Of a stretch of DNA of 50,407 nucleotides, positions 27,351-36,373 are shown piece after piece. Position 1 is the stretch's first letter, and each line of letters begins with the position of its first letter. This stretch comes from a virus, in IMG/VR virus record IMGVR_UViG_3300045988_150894, positions 1 to 50,407 of that record. One strand, given 5' to 3'. Below the pieces are notes generated by a model. It worked only from the letters and a program-made list of their open reading frames with translations. It made no database searches and was not told the DNA's origin. The translations under genes were made by a program, and so were the position numbers.

Positions 27351-27370
27351 TGCGAGAATACGCGAGAATA
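27351..27370. promoter_or_regulatory. Tandem TGCGAGAATA-CGCGAGAATA (two reverse-orientation ATTCTCGC motifs) just upstream of the ATG at 27379
   Basis: Read directly. Confidence 0.45.
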
Positions 27371-27378
27371 AATTGAGC

Positions 27379-28023
27379 ATGAAAAAGATAATCATAAAAA
27401 TAGGAATAATTGCTGTTGCTATTATACTTATAGTAATAGCAGGAATTAGGATTAAAAACCTAAAAGAAGAAAACAATATGCTTAAAAGCAATCAGGAAGT
27501 ATTGCTTTCAGAAAAAGAGTCTATAATGGCACAAAGCCAACTCTATAAAGTATCTGATAGCCTTAATGCTGCTAAAGTAACAGAGCTTCAGCTTTCACTT
27601 TCTGAATATAAGAAATACAGAAAGCAGGATTTGAAACTAATCGAGCAGCTTAAAGTAAGCAAATCGGACTTACAAAGAGTTATATCATCTCAGACAGAAA
27701 CGATAAACTTACTTTCTGCAAAGCTGAGTGACTCCATAAGAATTGATACTACGACGAATACAGTTGATACACTTAAATGCTTTAATTACAAATCAAAATG
27801 GACTGATGTGGCAGGATGTGTTGACCTAAAAAGAGATACTGTTGAGTTGCAAATATCTAATAGAGAGTCGCTTAAAATAGTAGAAACAGTGAAGTATAAG
27901 CGCTTTTTGGGATTTTTATGGAAAACCAATAAAATAAAAAGTAGGCAAGTAGATGTCGTAAGCCAAAATCCAGCCACCTCTATAGTTAGTGTGGATTATA
28001 TAAGCATAAGCGGTAAACAATAG
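27379..28023 (+). CDS. Type-II membrane-anchored coiled-coil protein (i-spanin-like or lysis accessory)
   Basis: The ORF track starts at TTG 27373; an ATG lies at 27379. There is an N-terminal TM segment 'IIIKIGIIAVAIILIVIAGI' followed by a coiled-coil-like region. It is adjacent to the holin and endolysin genes. Confidence 0.45.
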   Translation: MKKIIIKIGIIAVAIILIVIAGIRIKNLKEENNMLKSNQEVLLSEKESIMAQSQLYKVSDSLNAAKVTELQLSLSEYKKYRKQDLKLIEQLKVSKSDLQRVISSQTETINLLSAKLSDSIRIDTTTNTVDTLKCFNYKSKWTDVAGCVDLKRDTVELQISNRESLKIVETVKYKRFLGFLWKTNKIKSRQVDVVSQNPATSIVSVDYISISGKQ

Positions 28024-28228
28024 AAACAATATAAACAAGTCATTGTTTACACCTAAAGTGCTCAAAATCAATTACTTATATATGCTGTAAACAAAGAAAC
28101 AATAATTTTATTAAATCTTTTCATATTAAAAGCCGATATTTCTTATTAACCTTAATGTTAATCGGAAATTAAGAAATTAAGTTTGAAATATATAGAGGCA
28201 TTGTTTTCATTGTTTCTTTGTTTACAGC
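28013..28228. promoter_or_regulatory. Operator-like cluster of GTAAACAA(N)AGAAACAAT motifs. It includes a perfect 20-bp inverted repeat (28084-28103 and 28209-28228) and a 9-bp inverted repeat (28013-28021 and 28042-28050).
   Basis: Read directly. It lies upstream of the promoter and HTH regulator gene at 28367. Confidence 0.55.
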
Positions 28229-28321
28229 AATTTCAAAGCCGCACTAAAATTGCTGTTTAATTATTTTTAACAAATAAATTCTCAAAAAATAATGGAAAAT
28301 TTTTTTCTTTCGAGAATAGTT

Positions 28322-28337
28322 TGTATATTTGCATATC
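28322..28337 (+). promoter_or_regulatory. Bacteroidota-type promoter -7 box (tgTATATTTGcatatc)
   Basis: It matches the TAnnTTTG consensus and lies 36 nt upstream of the ATG at 28367. It is nearly identical to the boxes at 38654, 48409, 49238, 49767 and 49868. Confidence 0.7.
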
Positions 28338-28366
28338 GAAAATAAGATAATAAAATTCACCAAAAT

Positions 28367-28783
28367 ATGGAACAACAATTTAATATAGGTAATGTAATTG
28401 AGCACTACAAGCTAAATACGGAAGATTTAGCGAAGGTGTTATTTCCTACTGTTAAATATCCGAAACAGGCATTTGACCGTGTGTTAAAGGGTGAAGCCAA
28501 TTTGGATGTTATGCAGTTAGAGCGATTGGCCAATCATATTGGCGTGTTAGTAACTGATTTGTTTTCAGCAAATACTTGGAAAGGTTCATCTGAAGATGGA
28601 TGCCTAACAATGCTGAAAGGCGAGTATAAAGTAAAGCTGAATTATAAAGGCGTGTACGTATCTATATATAAGAATAATGAGCTTATCCACCAAAAACTCT
28701 CAAACGTACCAGATATGACAGTAAACGAGTTTATTAGCTATTTAGATAACTTCATTAAAAATTACGAAAATGGAAACCATTAA
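28367..28783 (+). CDS. HTH (XRE/Cro-like) transcriptional regulator
   Basis: The N-terminus 'IGNVIEHYKLNTEDLAKVLFPTVKYPKQAFDRVLKGEANLDVMQLERLANHIGVLVTDLF' fits a helix-turn-helix layout. It is the first gene of the rightward early/middle operon. Confidence 0.6.
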   Translation: MEQQFNIGNVIEHYKLNTEDLAKVLFPTVKYPKQAFDRVLKGEANLDVMQLERLANHIGVLVTDLFSANTWKGSSEDGCLTMLKGEYKVKLNYKGVYVSIYKNNELIHQKLSNVPDMTVNEFISYLDNFIKNYENGNH

Positions 28784-29183
28784 AATTTCTGTTGAGGTTA
28801 GCGTAAACCTGTCTGAAAATACGCAGAAGTTTTTAACTTCATTGTTTGCAGCAGGAGTTCCAAGTGGAGCTCAAGTAGCCGCTTCAGTTTCTAAACCTGC
28901 TCCTGCTGCGCTAGCAAAGCCAGCTCCCGCAAAACCTACTCCTCAGCCTGCGGCACCTGCCCAGACTCAGAGCGCTGCCGAGCCTGCTCCTTCAGCACCT
29001 GCTGCTCCGGCTGCTTCTTCTGCCTCTAAGAGCATTGAGGATGTTCGCGGAATGCTTGCAAAAAAGGTCAATGAGCATCGCGACGTAATCAAGCAGAAAC
29101 TCGATAAGCTTGGAGCTCCGAGCGTAACAAAGCTTGACCCAGCTAAGTATGATGAAATGTATAACTTCTTAGAGTCATTGTAA
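28770..29183 (+). CDS. Hypothetical protein with a Pro/Ala-rich linker
   Basis: 137-aa ORF with a 'KPAPAALAKPAPAKPTPQPAAPAQ...' low-complexity centre. Confidence 0.65.
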   Translation: METIKISVEVSVNLSENTQKFLTSLFAAGVPSGAQVAASVSKPAPAALAKPAPAKPTPQPAAPAQTQSAAEPAPSAPAAPAASSASKSIEDVRGMLAKKVNEHRDVIKQKLDKLGAPSVTKLDPAKYDEMYNFLESL

Positions 29184-29185
29184 TT

Positions 29186-29320
29186 ATGCCGAGTACAAAG
29201 AAGTTGCAAAAAGCAGCTTATAAGTTTCGCAGAGAAAATCCAGAGCTTTATGCTCAGTGTGCTATTCAATGTCATTATTTGGCAAAATTGATAAAAGAAT
29301 ATGGCTCAAGCGACAAGTAG
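29186..29320 (+). CDS. Possible small ORF (44 aa)
   Basis: It is below the ORF-track cutoff: ATG at 29186, 'MPSTKKLQKAAYKFRRENPELYAQCAIQCHYLAKLIKEYGSSDK'. It fills the 29184-29300 gap and overlaps the next start. Confidence 0.3.
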   Translation: MPSTKKLQKAAYKFRRENPELYAQCAIQCHYLAKLIKEYGSSDK

Positions 29321-30512
29321 TACTAAACCACAGAAACATAGCCAGAGGAGTCATGCACTCCTCTCGGCTTCTGGAGCAGGAAGATGGCTGAATTGTACTC
29401 CATCTGCTAAGCTTGAAGATGAATACGGAGAAAAGAAGTCTTCAGTATATGCAGAAGAAGGTACATTAGCTCATGAGCTCTCAGAGCTTTACCTGAGAAA
29501 AGATACACTTAATAGCATTAGTGAACAAGACTTTGACCAAAGGCTCGAAGAGATAATGACAAATGACTTGTTCAGTGAGGAAATGCTTGAAGTTGTACCT
29601 ATCTATACAGATTATTGCTCAGAACAATTAGCTGAAGCAAAAACTGAAAATCCGTTAGCTGTCATGGAAATTGAGCAGAAACTCGATTTGACAGAATATG
29701 TGCCTGAAAGCTTTGGAACAGCTGACTGTGTTGTTATCAATGACAATCTTATGGAAGTTATTGACTTAAAATATGGAAAAGGTGTTCCAGTATATGCTGA
29801 ATGGAATAAGCAACTTATGCTTTATGGGCTTGGAGCTTTGCAGAAATATGATACAATGTATGATATAACGGAAGTGCGATTGACTATTATACAGCCTCGC
29901 ATTAACAATATATCAAGCTGGCAAATATCTGTCGAAGAACTCCGTAAATGGGCAGAAGAGGAGCTTAGACCAAGAGCTGAACTTGCATTTGAAGGTAAAG
30001 GAGAACTTAATGCTGGAGATTGGTGTAGATTTTGTGCTGTGCGTAATCAGTGTCGTAAGCTTTATGAGCAACAACTCGAAATTGCACAACACGAATTCGC
30101 AGACCCAGAGTTGTTAACCGACGATGAGATTGCTGATATAGTTAAGCGCGTGCCTAAGCTTATAGAATGGGCTAATTCAATAACAGAATATGCACAAACT
30201 AAAGCGATTAACGAGAATAAGCAATGGCCAGGGCTTAAATTAGTTGAAGGAATTAGTCGACGCAAATGGGTTGACGAAGACCAAGCTTCTAATGCAATTT
30301 TTGCACGTTGCCCTGAACTTTCAGAAGATGAGATTTTCAATATGAAGCTTAAGCCGATTACTTCTATTGAGAAGTTAGTAGGCAAAAAGCGTTTTGAGGA
30401 AATACTCTCAGATGTGGTTATCAAGCCACAAGGCAAACCTACTCTTGTACCGCTTGAAGACAAGAGACCAGCAATGGGATATGCTCAAGCACAACTAGAT
30501 TTCAAAGAATAA
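29301..30512 (+). CDS. PD-(D/E)XK nuclease, DUF2800/Cas4-like
   Basis: 'HALLSASGAGRWLNCTPS' is the DUF2800 N-terminal signature. 'DCVVIND...VIDLKYGKG' is a D..(D/E)xK core. The C-terminal Cys cluster is 'CRFCAVRNQC'. Confidence 0.8.
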   Translation: MAQATSSTKPQKHSQRSHALLSASGAGRWLNCTPSAKLEDEYGEKKSSVYAEEGTLAHELSELYLRKDTLNSISEQDFDQRLEEIMTNDLFSEEMLEVVPIYTDYCSEQLAEAKTENPLAVMEIEQKLDLTEYVPESFGTADCVVINDNLMEVIDLKYGKGVPVYAEWNKQLMLYGLGALQKYDTMYDITEVRLTIIQPRINNISSWQISVEELRKWAEEELRPRAELAFEGKGELNAGDWCRFCAVRNQCRKLYEQQLEIAQHEFADPELLTDDEIADIVKRVPKLIEWANSITEYAQTKAINENKQWPGLKLVEGISRRKWVDEDQASNAIFARCPELSEDEIFNMKLKPITSIEKLVGKKRFEEILSDVVIKPQGKPTLVPLEDKRPAMGYAQAQLDFKE

Positions 30513-30534
30513 TAGCAACTTAAATTAAAAGACA

Positions 30535-31095
30535 ATGAGTAATCAAGTAAATTCAACCAAGGTTGTAACTGGCAAAGTAAGATTTTGCTATGTAAACGTG
30601 TTCGAGCCCACAGCTATGAATGAGGGCGATACTCCTAAGTATAATATCTGCGTTCTTATTCCTAAGAGCGATACGGCTACTATTGACAAAATCAAGAAAG
30701 CCATAGAAGCTGCAAAGGAAGCAGGTAAGGCAAAGCTCGCAGATAAGAATGGCCGTATTCCAGCAAATCTCAAATTGCCTCTGCGTGATGGCGATGAAGA
30801 ACGTCCGGATGACCCAGCATTTGAGGACCACTATTTCATCAATGCAAACTCGATGCGTCAGCCGAGCATTGTGGACCGCTCACTCAATCCAATCATGAGC
30901 AGAGACGAGTTCTATTCAGGTTGTTATGGCCGCGCTTCAATCAACTTCTATGCTTTCAATGTTTCATCCAAAGGCATCGCTGCTGGATTGAACAATCTCC
31001 AGAAGCTCGAAGATGGAGAGATGTTGGCTGGTGGCTCAACAGCTGAAGAAGATTTCGGTGGAGATAATGCTGTTCAGGATGACAATATGATGTAA
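30535..31095 (+). CDS. ssDNA-binding protein, DUF2815 type
   Basis: 'VVTGKVRFCYVNVFEP' and its position between the DUF2800 nuclease and the DNA polymerase form a recurrent phage replication-module arrangement (recollection). Confidence 0.7.
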   Translation: MSNQVNSTKVVTGKVRFCYVNVFEPTAMNEGDTPKYNICVLIPKSDTATIDKIKKAIEAAKEAGKAKLADKNGRIPANLKLPLRDGDEERPDDPAFEDHYFINANSMRQPSIVDRSLNPIMSRDEFYSGCYGRASINFYAFNVSSKGIAAGLNNLQKLEDGEMLAGGSTAEEDFGGDNAVQDDNMM

Positions 31096-31114
31096 TTTCC
31101 TCTCTGCATCAATG

Positions 31115-31198
31115 AGTATAGTAGTTTAATGGTAAAACTTACTTCGGAAACCGTCTGTGGAAACTAAGTAAATGTGGGTTCGAGTCCCGCCTATACTC
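31115..31198 (+). tRNA. tRNA-like gene 1: canonical acceptor, D and T arms, but 35 nt between the D and T stems. No anticodon could be assigned.
   Basis: Acceptor agtatag/ctatact. D arm gttt-aatggta-aaac with G18G19. T arm gtggg-ttcgagt-cccgc. The only anticodon-type stem is tactt/aagta, enclosing a 21-nt loop c-ggaaac-cgtctgt-ggaaac-t. Confidence 0.55.
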
Positions 31199-31203
31199 CT
31201 ATT

Positions 31204-31287
31204 GGGATAGTAGCTTAATGGTAAAGCAGCGTGGCGCCACTTAAAAACAATGAGAGCAAGATACAGGTTCGACTCCCGTCTATCCCA
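31204..31287 (+). tRNA. tRNA-like gene 2: canonical acceptor, D and T arms, but no foldable anticodon stem
   Basis: Acceptor gggatag/ctatccc. D arm gctt-aatggta-aagc. T arm acagg-ttcgact-cccgt. The 35-nt middle segment contains the palindrome gtggcgccac and an A-rich stretch. Confidence 0.5.
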
Positions 31288-31314
31288 CTACCATAAATAT
31301 CAAATAAAATAATA

Positions 31315-33288
31315 ATGGCAAAAAATCTTTTTATAGATGTTGAAACATATTCATCTGTAGATATTAAAGAGTCTGGAGCTTATAAGTATATTGAGTCACC
31401 AGACTTTGAAATTCTTATAATAGGATATGCTTTAGATGATAGCCCGGTAAAGATAGTAGATTTGGCTCAAGGTGAAGAAATGCCTGAAGAGTTTGAAGAA
31501 GCTTTGCTTGACCCGGATTGTGTAAAAGTGGCACATAATGCAGTATTTGAGCGCTTGAGCTTTAAGCGTATAGGATATAATGTTCCAGCAGAGCAGTGGT
31601 ATTGTACCTCTGTAAAAGCTGCGTATTGCGGTTTACCACTTTCTTTGGACGGAGTATCAAAGGCCCTTAATCTTACAGATAAAAAGTTAGATACTGGTAA
31701 AGCGCTTATTAAATACTTCTCATGCCCATGCAAAGCAACTCGAGTTAATGGCATGCGTACTCGGAATTATCCTGAACACGCTCCTGAAAAGTGGGAAATG
31801 TATAAGGAATATAACAAGTATGACGTACTTGCAGAGCGTGAGATATTTAAGAGATTAGAGGCATATATCATTCCTGATATTGAGCGCAAGATGTATGTGC
31901 TTGACCAGAATATAAACGATAGAGGTATTTTGGTTGATATGGAATTAGCAGAGTCTGCTATCGCAGTAGATAACACATATACTTCTATCTTAACGCAACA
32001 TGCTCAACAGCTAACAGGGCTTGAAAATCCAAACTCGCCTGTTCAAATTAGGCAATGGATTGAAAAGACAACAGGATGTGTTGTTATGTCACTTTCAAAG
32101 GAAACAATGCCTGATTTAATGAAAGAGTTTGCAGATTATCCAGATGTTATCGAGTTGCTTAATATACGCAAAAAGCTCTCAAAAACGTCTATTAAGAAGT
32201 ATTATGCTATGCTTAATTGTGCCATGAAAGATCATAGAGTCCGTGGTACATTTCAATTCTATGGTGCAAATAGAACTGGGCGATGGGCAGGTAGATTATT
32301 GCAATTGCAGAACTTATCAAAAAATCATATATCACATATAGAAGTACCACGTGAAATGATTAGAGCACGTGATTGGGAGTCGGTTGAGATGATGTATGAT
32401 GATGTTGCAGATATTTTGTCCCAGCTAGTAAGAACAGCTCTTATACCGCCAAAGAATATGAAATACGCAGTTGCAGACTTTTCTGCAATTGAAGCAAGAG
32501 TAATATCTTGGCTTGCCGATGAAAAATGGCGATTAGATGTATTTCATGGCGATGGTAAGATATATGAAGCAACTGGAGAAAAGATGTTTGGAGTACCAAA
32601 GTCTGAAATTAAAAAAGGCTCAGTGCTTCGTGACAAATCAAAAATTTCAGAACTTGCACTTGGCTATGAAGGCGGTCTTGGCGCATTAAAGCGTATGGGA
32701 GGAGACAAAATGGGGCTTTCAGACGTTGAAATGATAGGCCTTGTACGCAAATGGCGAATGGCAAATCCTGCTATTGTAGACATGTGGAAAGAAATAGATG
32801 AAGTGTCTAAAGAAGCAGTTAGATATCATAGAGCTGTAAAATGTACAAGTAAAAACGTGATATTTGACTGTGATGGAGAGTTTATGACAATAGAACTACC
32901 TGTTGGTAGAAAACTATTTTATTATAAGCCAGAATTTAAAGATAAAAAAGTAGGTCGTTCATCTATGCCTATTCGTAGTCTGTGTTATAGAGGTATTGAC
33001 CAGACAACAAAACAATGGATAAGTATAGATACGTACGGCGGCAAATTAACAGAAAATATTGTGCAAGCAGTATCAAGAGATTTATTAGCTGATGCTATGC
33101 TTAGAATGGAAAAAGCTGGTTATGGAATTGTTGGTTCAATACATGATGAGGTAATAACAGAAGTTCCAGAGATTAATGCACAAGAATGGTATGATAATTT
33201 GGTTAAGATAATGTCCACTCCTCCTTCATGGGCTTATGATTTACCGCTTAATGCTGACGGTGGAGTTATGGGCTTTTATCAAAAGTAA
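31315..33288 (+). CDS. Family A DNA polymerase with an N-terminal 3'-5' exonuclease domain
   Basis: Exo I 'LFIDVETYS'. Polymerase motif A 'AVADFSAIEARV', motif B 'RDKSKISELALGYEGG' and motif C 'GSIHDEVITEV'. Confidence 0.9.
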   Translation: MAKNLFIDVETYSSVDIKESGAYKYIESPDFEILIIGYALDDSPVKIVDLAQGEEMPEEFEEALLDPDCVKVAHNAVFERLSFKRIGYNVPAEQWYCTSVKAAYCGLPLSLDGVSKALNLTDKKLDTGKALIKYFSCPCKATRVNGMRTRNYPEHAPEKWEMYKEYNKYDVLAEREIFKRLEAYIIPDIERKMYVLDQNINDRGILVDMELAESAIAVDNTYTSILTQHAQQLTGLENPNSPVQIRQWIEKTTGCVVMSLSKETMPDLMKEFADYPDVIELLNIRKKLSKTSIKKYYAMLNCAMKDHRVRGTFQFYGANRTGRWAGRLLQLQNLSKNHISHIEVPREMIRARDWESVEMMYDDVADILSQLVRTALIPPKNMKYAVADFSAIEARVISWLADEKWRLDVFHGDGKIYEATGEKMFGVPKSEIKKGSVLRDKSKISELALGYEGGLGALKRMGGDKMGLSDVEMIGLVRKWRMANPAIVDMWKEIDEVSKEAVRYHRAVKCTSKNVIFDCDGEFMTIELPVGRKLFYYKPEFKDKKVGRSSMPIRSLCYRGIDQTTKQWISIDTYGGKLTENIVQAVSRDLLADAMLRMEKAGYGIVGSIHDEVITEVPEINAQEWYDNLVKIMSTPPSWAYDLPLNADGGVMGFYQK

Positions 33289-35696
33289 TGATTATGCAAG
33301 TAGGTAAATTAAAATACGATGGTAATTTAAGCATAGCTATTGGACTAAATGTTGCAAGTAAGGTATGGAAAAATACAAAAATTACTTGGAGCGATTTAGT
33401 TCAAAAGTTAGCTACACCTGTTGTAACCGCTGAAACATATAAGCGGTTTATGAATGCCACAAAAGAAGAGCAAAGCAAGATAAAAGACGTAGGAGGCTTC
33501 GTAGGAGGTTTTCTTACTAACGGTAAGCGTGAAAAAACAAATGTCTTATACAGGCAGCTTATAACCTTAGACATTGACTTTTCTCATGAGAACTTTTGGT
33601 GGGACTTCCAAATGCTTTTTGATTGTGCGGCAGTTATACACTCAACTCATAAGTCATGCCCAGAAAAACCAAGGCACAGACTTATAATACCTTTGGACAG
33701 GGAGGTATCTCAGGAAGAATATCAGGCAATAGCCAGAAAGGTCGCTGGTGATTTAAACATAGATTTATTTGACCAGTCAACTTTTGATGTAAATAGACTT
33801 ATGTTCTGGCCGTCTGTATCATCAGATATTGAGTACTACTTTGAATTTCAAGACGGACCTTTCCTTGAAGCTGATTATATCCTTGGGCTATATGATGATT
33901 GGCATGATACGAGCGAATGGCCAACTGCTACAGATAGCACAGATGTAATAATGCAAGCTATCAAAAAGCAAGAAGACCCAGAAGATAAAAAAGGCATAAT
34001 TGGTGTTTTCTGTCGTACTTATACTATACAAGAAGCTATTGAGACTTTTCTTTCAGATGTATATACACCAGCTGGAGAAGGGCGATATACGTATATAAAT
34101 GGCTCTACAGCTGCGGGCTTAATAGTCTATGATGATAAATTTGCATATTCTCATCATGGAACAGACCCTGCTGGAGGTAGACTATGTAATGCATTTGACT
34201 TAGTTCGCATACATAAATTTGGCCATTTAGATACAGGCAAAGAAAAAGAAGACAAAGATAAAAAGAGCTTTAAGGCAATGGAAGAATTTGCCTCTAAGGA
34301 CTCTACAACAAAAAAGCATATTGCTGAAGAAAAGTTTGCTGAAGCTAAATTCGAGTTTGCAGAAGAAGCAAAAGCAGAAGTTCCTGAAGAATATGATACT
34401 TCATGGACAGAAGAGCTTGACGCTAATACAAAAGGCGAATATGATAATTCTGCCAATAACTTGAATATAATAATTCAGCATGACCAATTCTTAAAAGATG
34501 TATTTAAGCTAAACATTTTTGATAATAAAAGATATGTTACACGTTCGTTACCATGGCGTAAAGTCGATACTGTGGAGCCTCTTCGTGATGTTGACTATTC
34601 TGGTGTTCGTAATTACATTGAGTGTGTTTACGGCATTGTGTCAAGTCAAAAAGTGGACGACGCGCTTGCGCTTGAATTTGAAAAGAAAAAGTTCCATCCG
34701 ATAAGAGAGTATATATGTGCTCAAAAGTGGGATGGCATACCGAGAGTTAATACATTATTGATTGATTATTTTGGAGCAGAAGATAACGCTTATGCTAGAG
34801 CCGCCATTAGGAAGACGTTGGTGGCGGCTGTTGCGAGGGTATTCGAGCCAGGTATTAAGTTCGACACAGCGCTTATACTTGTCGGAGAACAAGGAACATA
34901 TAAAAGTACTTTCGTTAAAAAGCTCGGCATGGAATGGTTCTCAGATACATTCACGACTGTGCAGGGCAAGGAGTCATTTGAGCAGATACAAGGAGCGTGG
35001 CTGATTGAAATGGCAGAGCTTTCAGGCCTTAAGAAAGCAGAAGTAGAGTCAATCAAGCACTACATATCAAAAAGAGAAGATATGTTCAGGCCGGCGTATG
35101 GTAGAACAGTAGAAACATATAAAAGGCAATGTGTATTTTTTGGTACTACTAACAACAAAGATTTCTTACGTGACCCGACAGGAAATAGACGATTTATGCC
35201 TATAGATGTAAGACCAGAATATGCTACAAAGTCCGTAAATGATGACCTCACGCAAGATGAAGTAAATCAAATATGGGCTGAAGCATATCAGTTATATTTA
35301 GCAAAAGAGCCTTTATACCTCGTTGGTGATGAAGATATAATTGCTAAGATTGAGCAACATAAACACTCAGAGGCAGATGAGCGAAAAGGTATTATTGAAG
35401 AATATCTTAATACTAAATTTCCAGATGATTGGGATAAAATGGACCTGTACGACAGAAGACGTTGGCTTGAAGACCCATTGTCTAAAAACGGTACAGTGCA
35501 AAAAGACTTTGTCTGCATTGCTGAAGTATGGTGTGAGTGCCTCGGCAAAGATAAGACAGAAATGTCAAGATATAATACCAGGGAGGTTAATGAAATTCTT
35601 AGGTCATTGCCTGAATGGGAAGCTATAGCATCCACTAAGAACTTTCCTTTATATGGTAAACAGAAATACTATAAACGTAAAGATAGCTTATTATGA
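33288..35696 (+). CDS. Primase-helicase: AEP/PrimPol-like N-terminus with a VirE / D5-type P-loop NTPase C-terminus
   Basis: 'LITLDIDFSH' (DxD) and 'IHSTHKS...PRHRLIIPL' fit AEP motifs. The Walker A is 'LVGEQGTYKSTF', and 'NRRFMPIDV' is VirE-like. Confidence 0.8.
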   Translation: MIMQVGKLKYDGNLSIAIGLNVASKVWKNTKITWSDLVQKLATPVVTAETYKRFMNATKEEQSKIKDVGGFVGGFLTNGKREKTNVLYRQLITLDIDFSHENFWWDFQMLFDCAAVIHSTHKSCPEKPRHRLIIPLDREVSQEEYQAIARKVAGDLNIDLFDQSTFDVNRLMFWPSVSSDIEYYFEFQDGPFLEADYILGLYDDWHDTSEWPTATDSTDVIMQAIKKQEDPEDKKGIIGVFCRTYTIQEAIETFLSDVYTPAGEGRYTYINGSTAAGLIVYDDKFAYSHHGTDPAGGRLCNAFDLVRIHKFGHLDTGKEKEDKDKKSFKAMEEFASKDSTTKKHIAEEKFAEAKFEFAEEAKAEVPEEYDTSWTEELDANTKGEYDNSANNLNIIIQHDQFLKDVFKLNIFDNKRYVTRSLPWRKVDTVEPLRDVDYSGVRNYIECVYGIVSSQKVDDALALEFEKKKFHPIREYICAQKWDGIPRVNTLLIDYFGAEDNAYARAAIRKTLVAAVARVFEPGIKFDTALILVGEQGTYKSTFVKKLGMEWFSDTFTTVQGKESFEQIQGAWLIEMAELSGLKKAEVESIKHYISKREDMFRPAYGRTVETYKRQCVFFGTTNNKDFLRDPTGNRRFMPIDVRPEYATKSVNDDLTQDEVNQIWAEAYQLYLAKEPLYLVGDEDIIAKIEQHKHSEADERKGIIEEYLNTKFPDDWDKMDLYDRRRWLEDPLSKNGTVQKDFVCIAEVWCECLGKDKTEMSRYNTREVNEILRSLPEWEAIASTKNFPLYGKQKYYKRKDSLL

Positions 35697-35881
35697 TAGC
35701 AAATTTTTATAAAATGCAATACGGAAATTACCGTAATTCTGTGCTTCTTGTAACAAGAAATATAGAACATATTCCATCTGTCAAAACGGTTGTTATATAC
35801 AATGGCCAAAAGTTTTGTGTTGACAGACTGGAATTTAATTTGGATAAGTGTGAGTATAACATTTATATGGCCAGGTTATGA
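35693..35881 (+). CDS. Hypothetical protein
   Basis: 62-aa ORF with ATGA overlaps on both sides. Confidence 0.5.
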   Translation: MIANFYKMQYGNYRNSVLLVTRNIEHIPSVKTVVIYNGQKFCVDRLEFNLDKCEYNIYMARL

Positions 35882-36096
35882 AATATGTAATACTAAGAGT
35901 TGTATGCAAATTCTCCGATGGTTCTTTAAGAACAATAAAATATGATGAAAACCATGTAACAGAAGAGAATGCTTGCAATGATGTAGCCCAATTCAAGAAA
36001 AATCTTAAAGATAAGCTTAACCGGTCATTGCAAATACTTGGAGTAACTGTAAGTTCAATAAATTTAACTTATGAAGAAAGAGACGGTAAACAGTGA
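35878..36096 (+). CDS. Hypothetical protein
   Basis: 72-aa ORF, translationally coupled to its neighbours. Confidence 0.5.
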   Translation: MKYVILRVVCKFSDGSLRTIKYDENHVTEENACNDVAQFKKNLKDKLNRSLQILGVTVSSINLTYEERDGKQ

Positions 36097-36373
36097 AAAA
36101 GTTGTAGAGCACAAATTGGTTGAGCTCGTTAAGATAAATGGTGGCATGTGTATAAAACTGCTGTGTGACCAACTTATAGGCTTACCAGATAGAATGTGCT
36201 TATTTCCAGGCCATAAAATAGTTTTTGTGGAATTAAAAACAACTGGACGAAAGCCTAAACGCATACAGGCATATATGCACAATAAGCTTAGAGCTTTGGG
36301 TTTTAGAGTTGAAGTAATAGATACGATAAAAGGCGTTGAACAATTTATAGATAATATAATTTATGATAAGTAA
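36071..36373 (+). CDS. VRR-NUC domain nuclease
   Basis: 'GLPDRMCLFPGHKIVFVELKTTGRKPKRIQAYMHNKLRALGFRVEVI' fits the GxPD...E.K...Q...G VRR-NUC pattern. Confidence 0.75.
   Translation: MKKETVNSEKVVEHKLVELVKINGGMCIKLLCDQLIGLPDRMCLFPGHKIVFVELKTTGRKPKRIQAYMHNKLRALGFRVEVIDTIKGVEQFIDNIIYDK

Noticed and set aside
28367-28783. HTH regulator plus operator repeats, considered as evidence of a lysogeny (CI/Cro) module
   Set aside because: No integrase, excisionase or divergent repressor gene was found anywhere in the window, so a temperate lifestyle is not supported from sequence alone.
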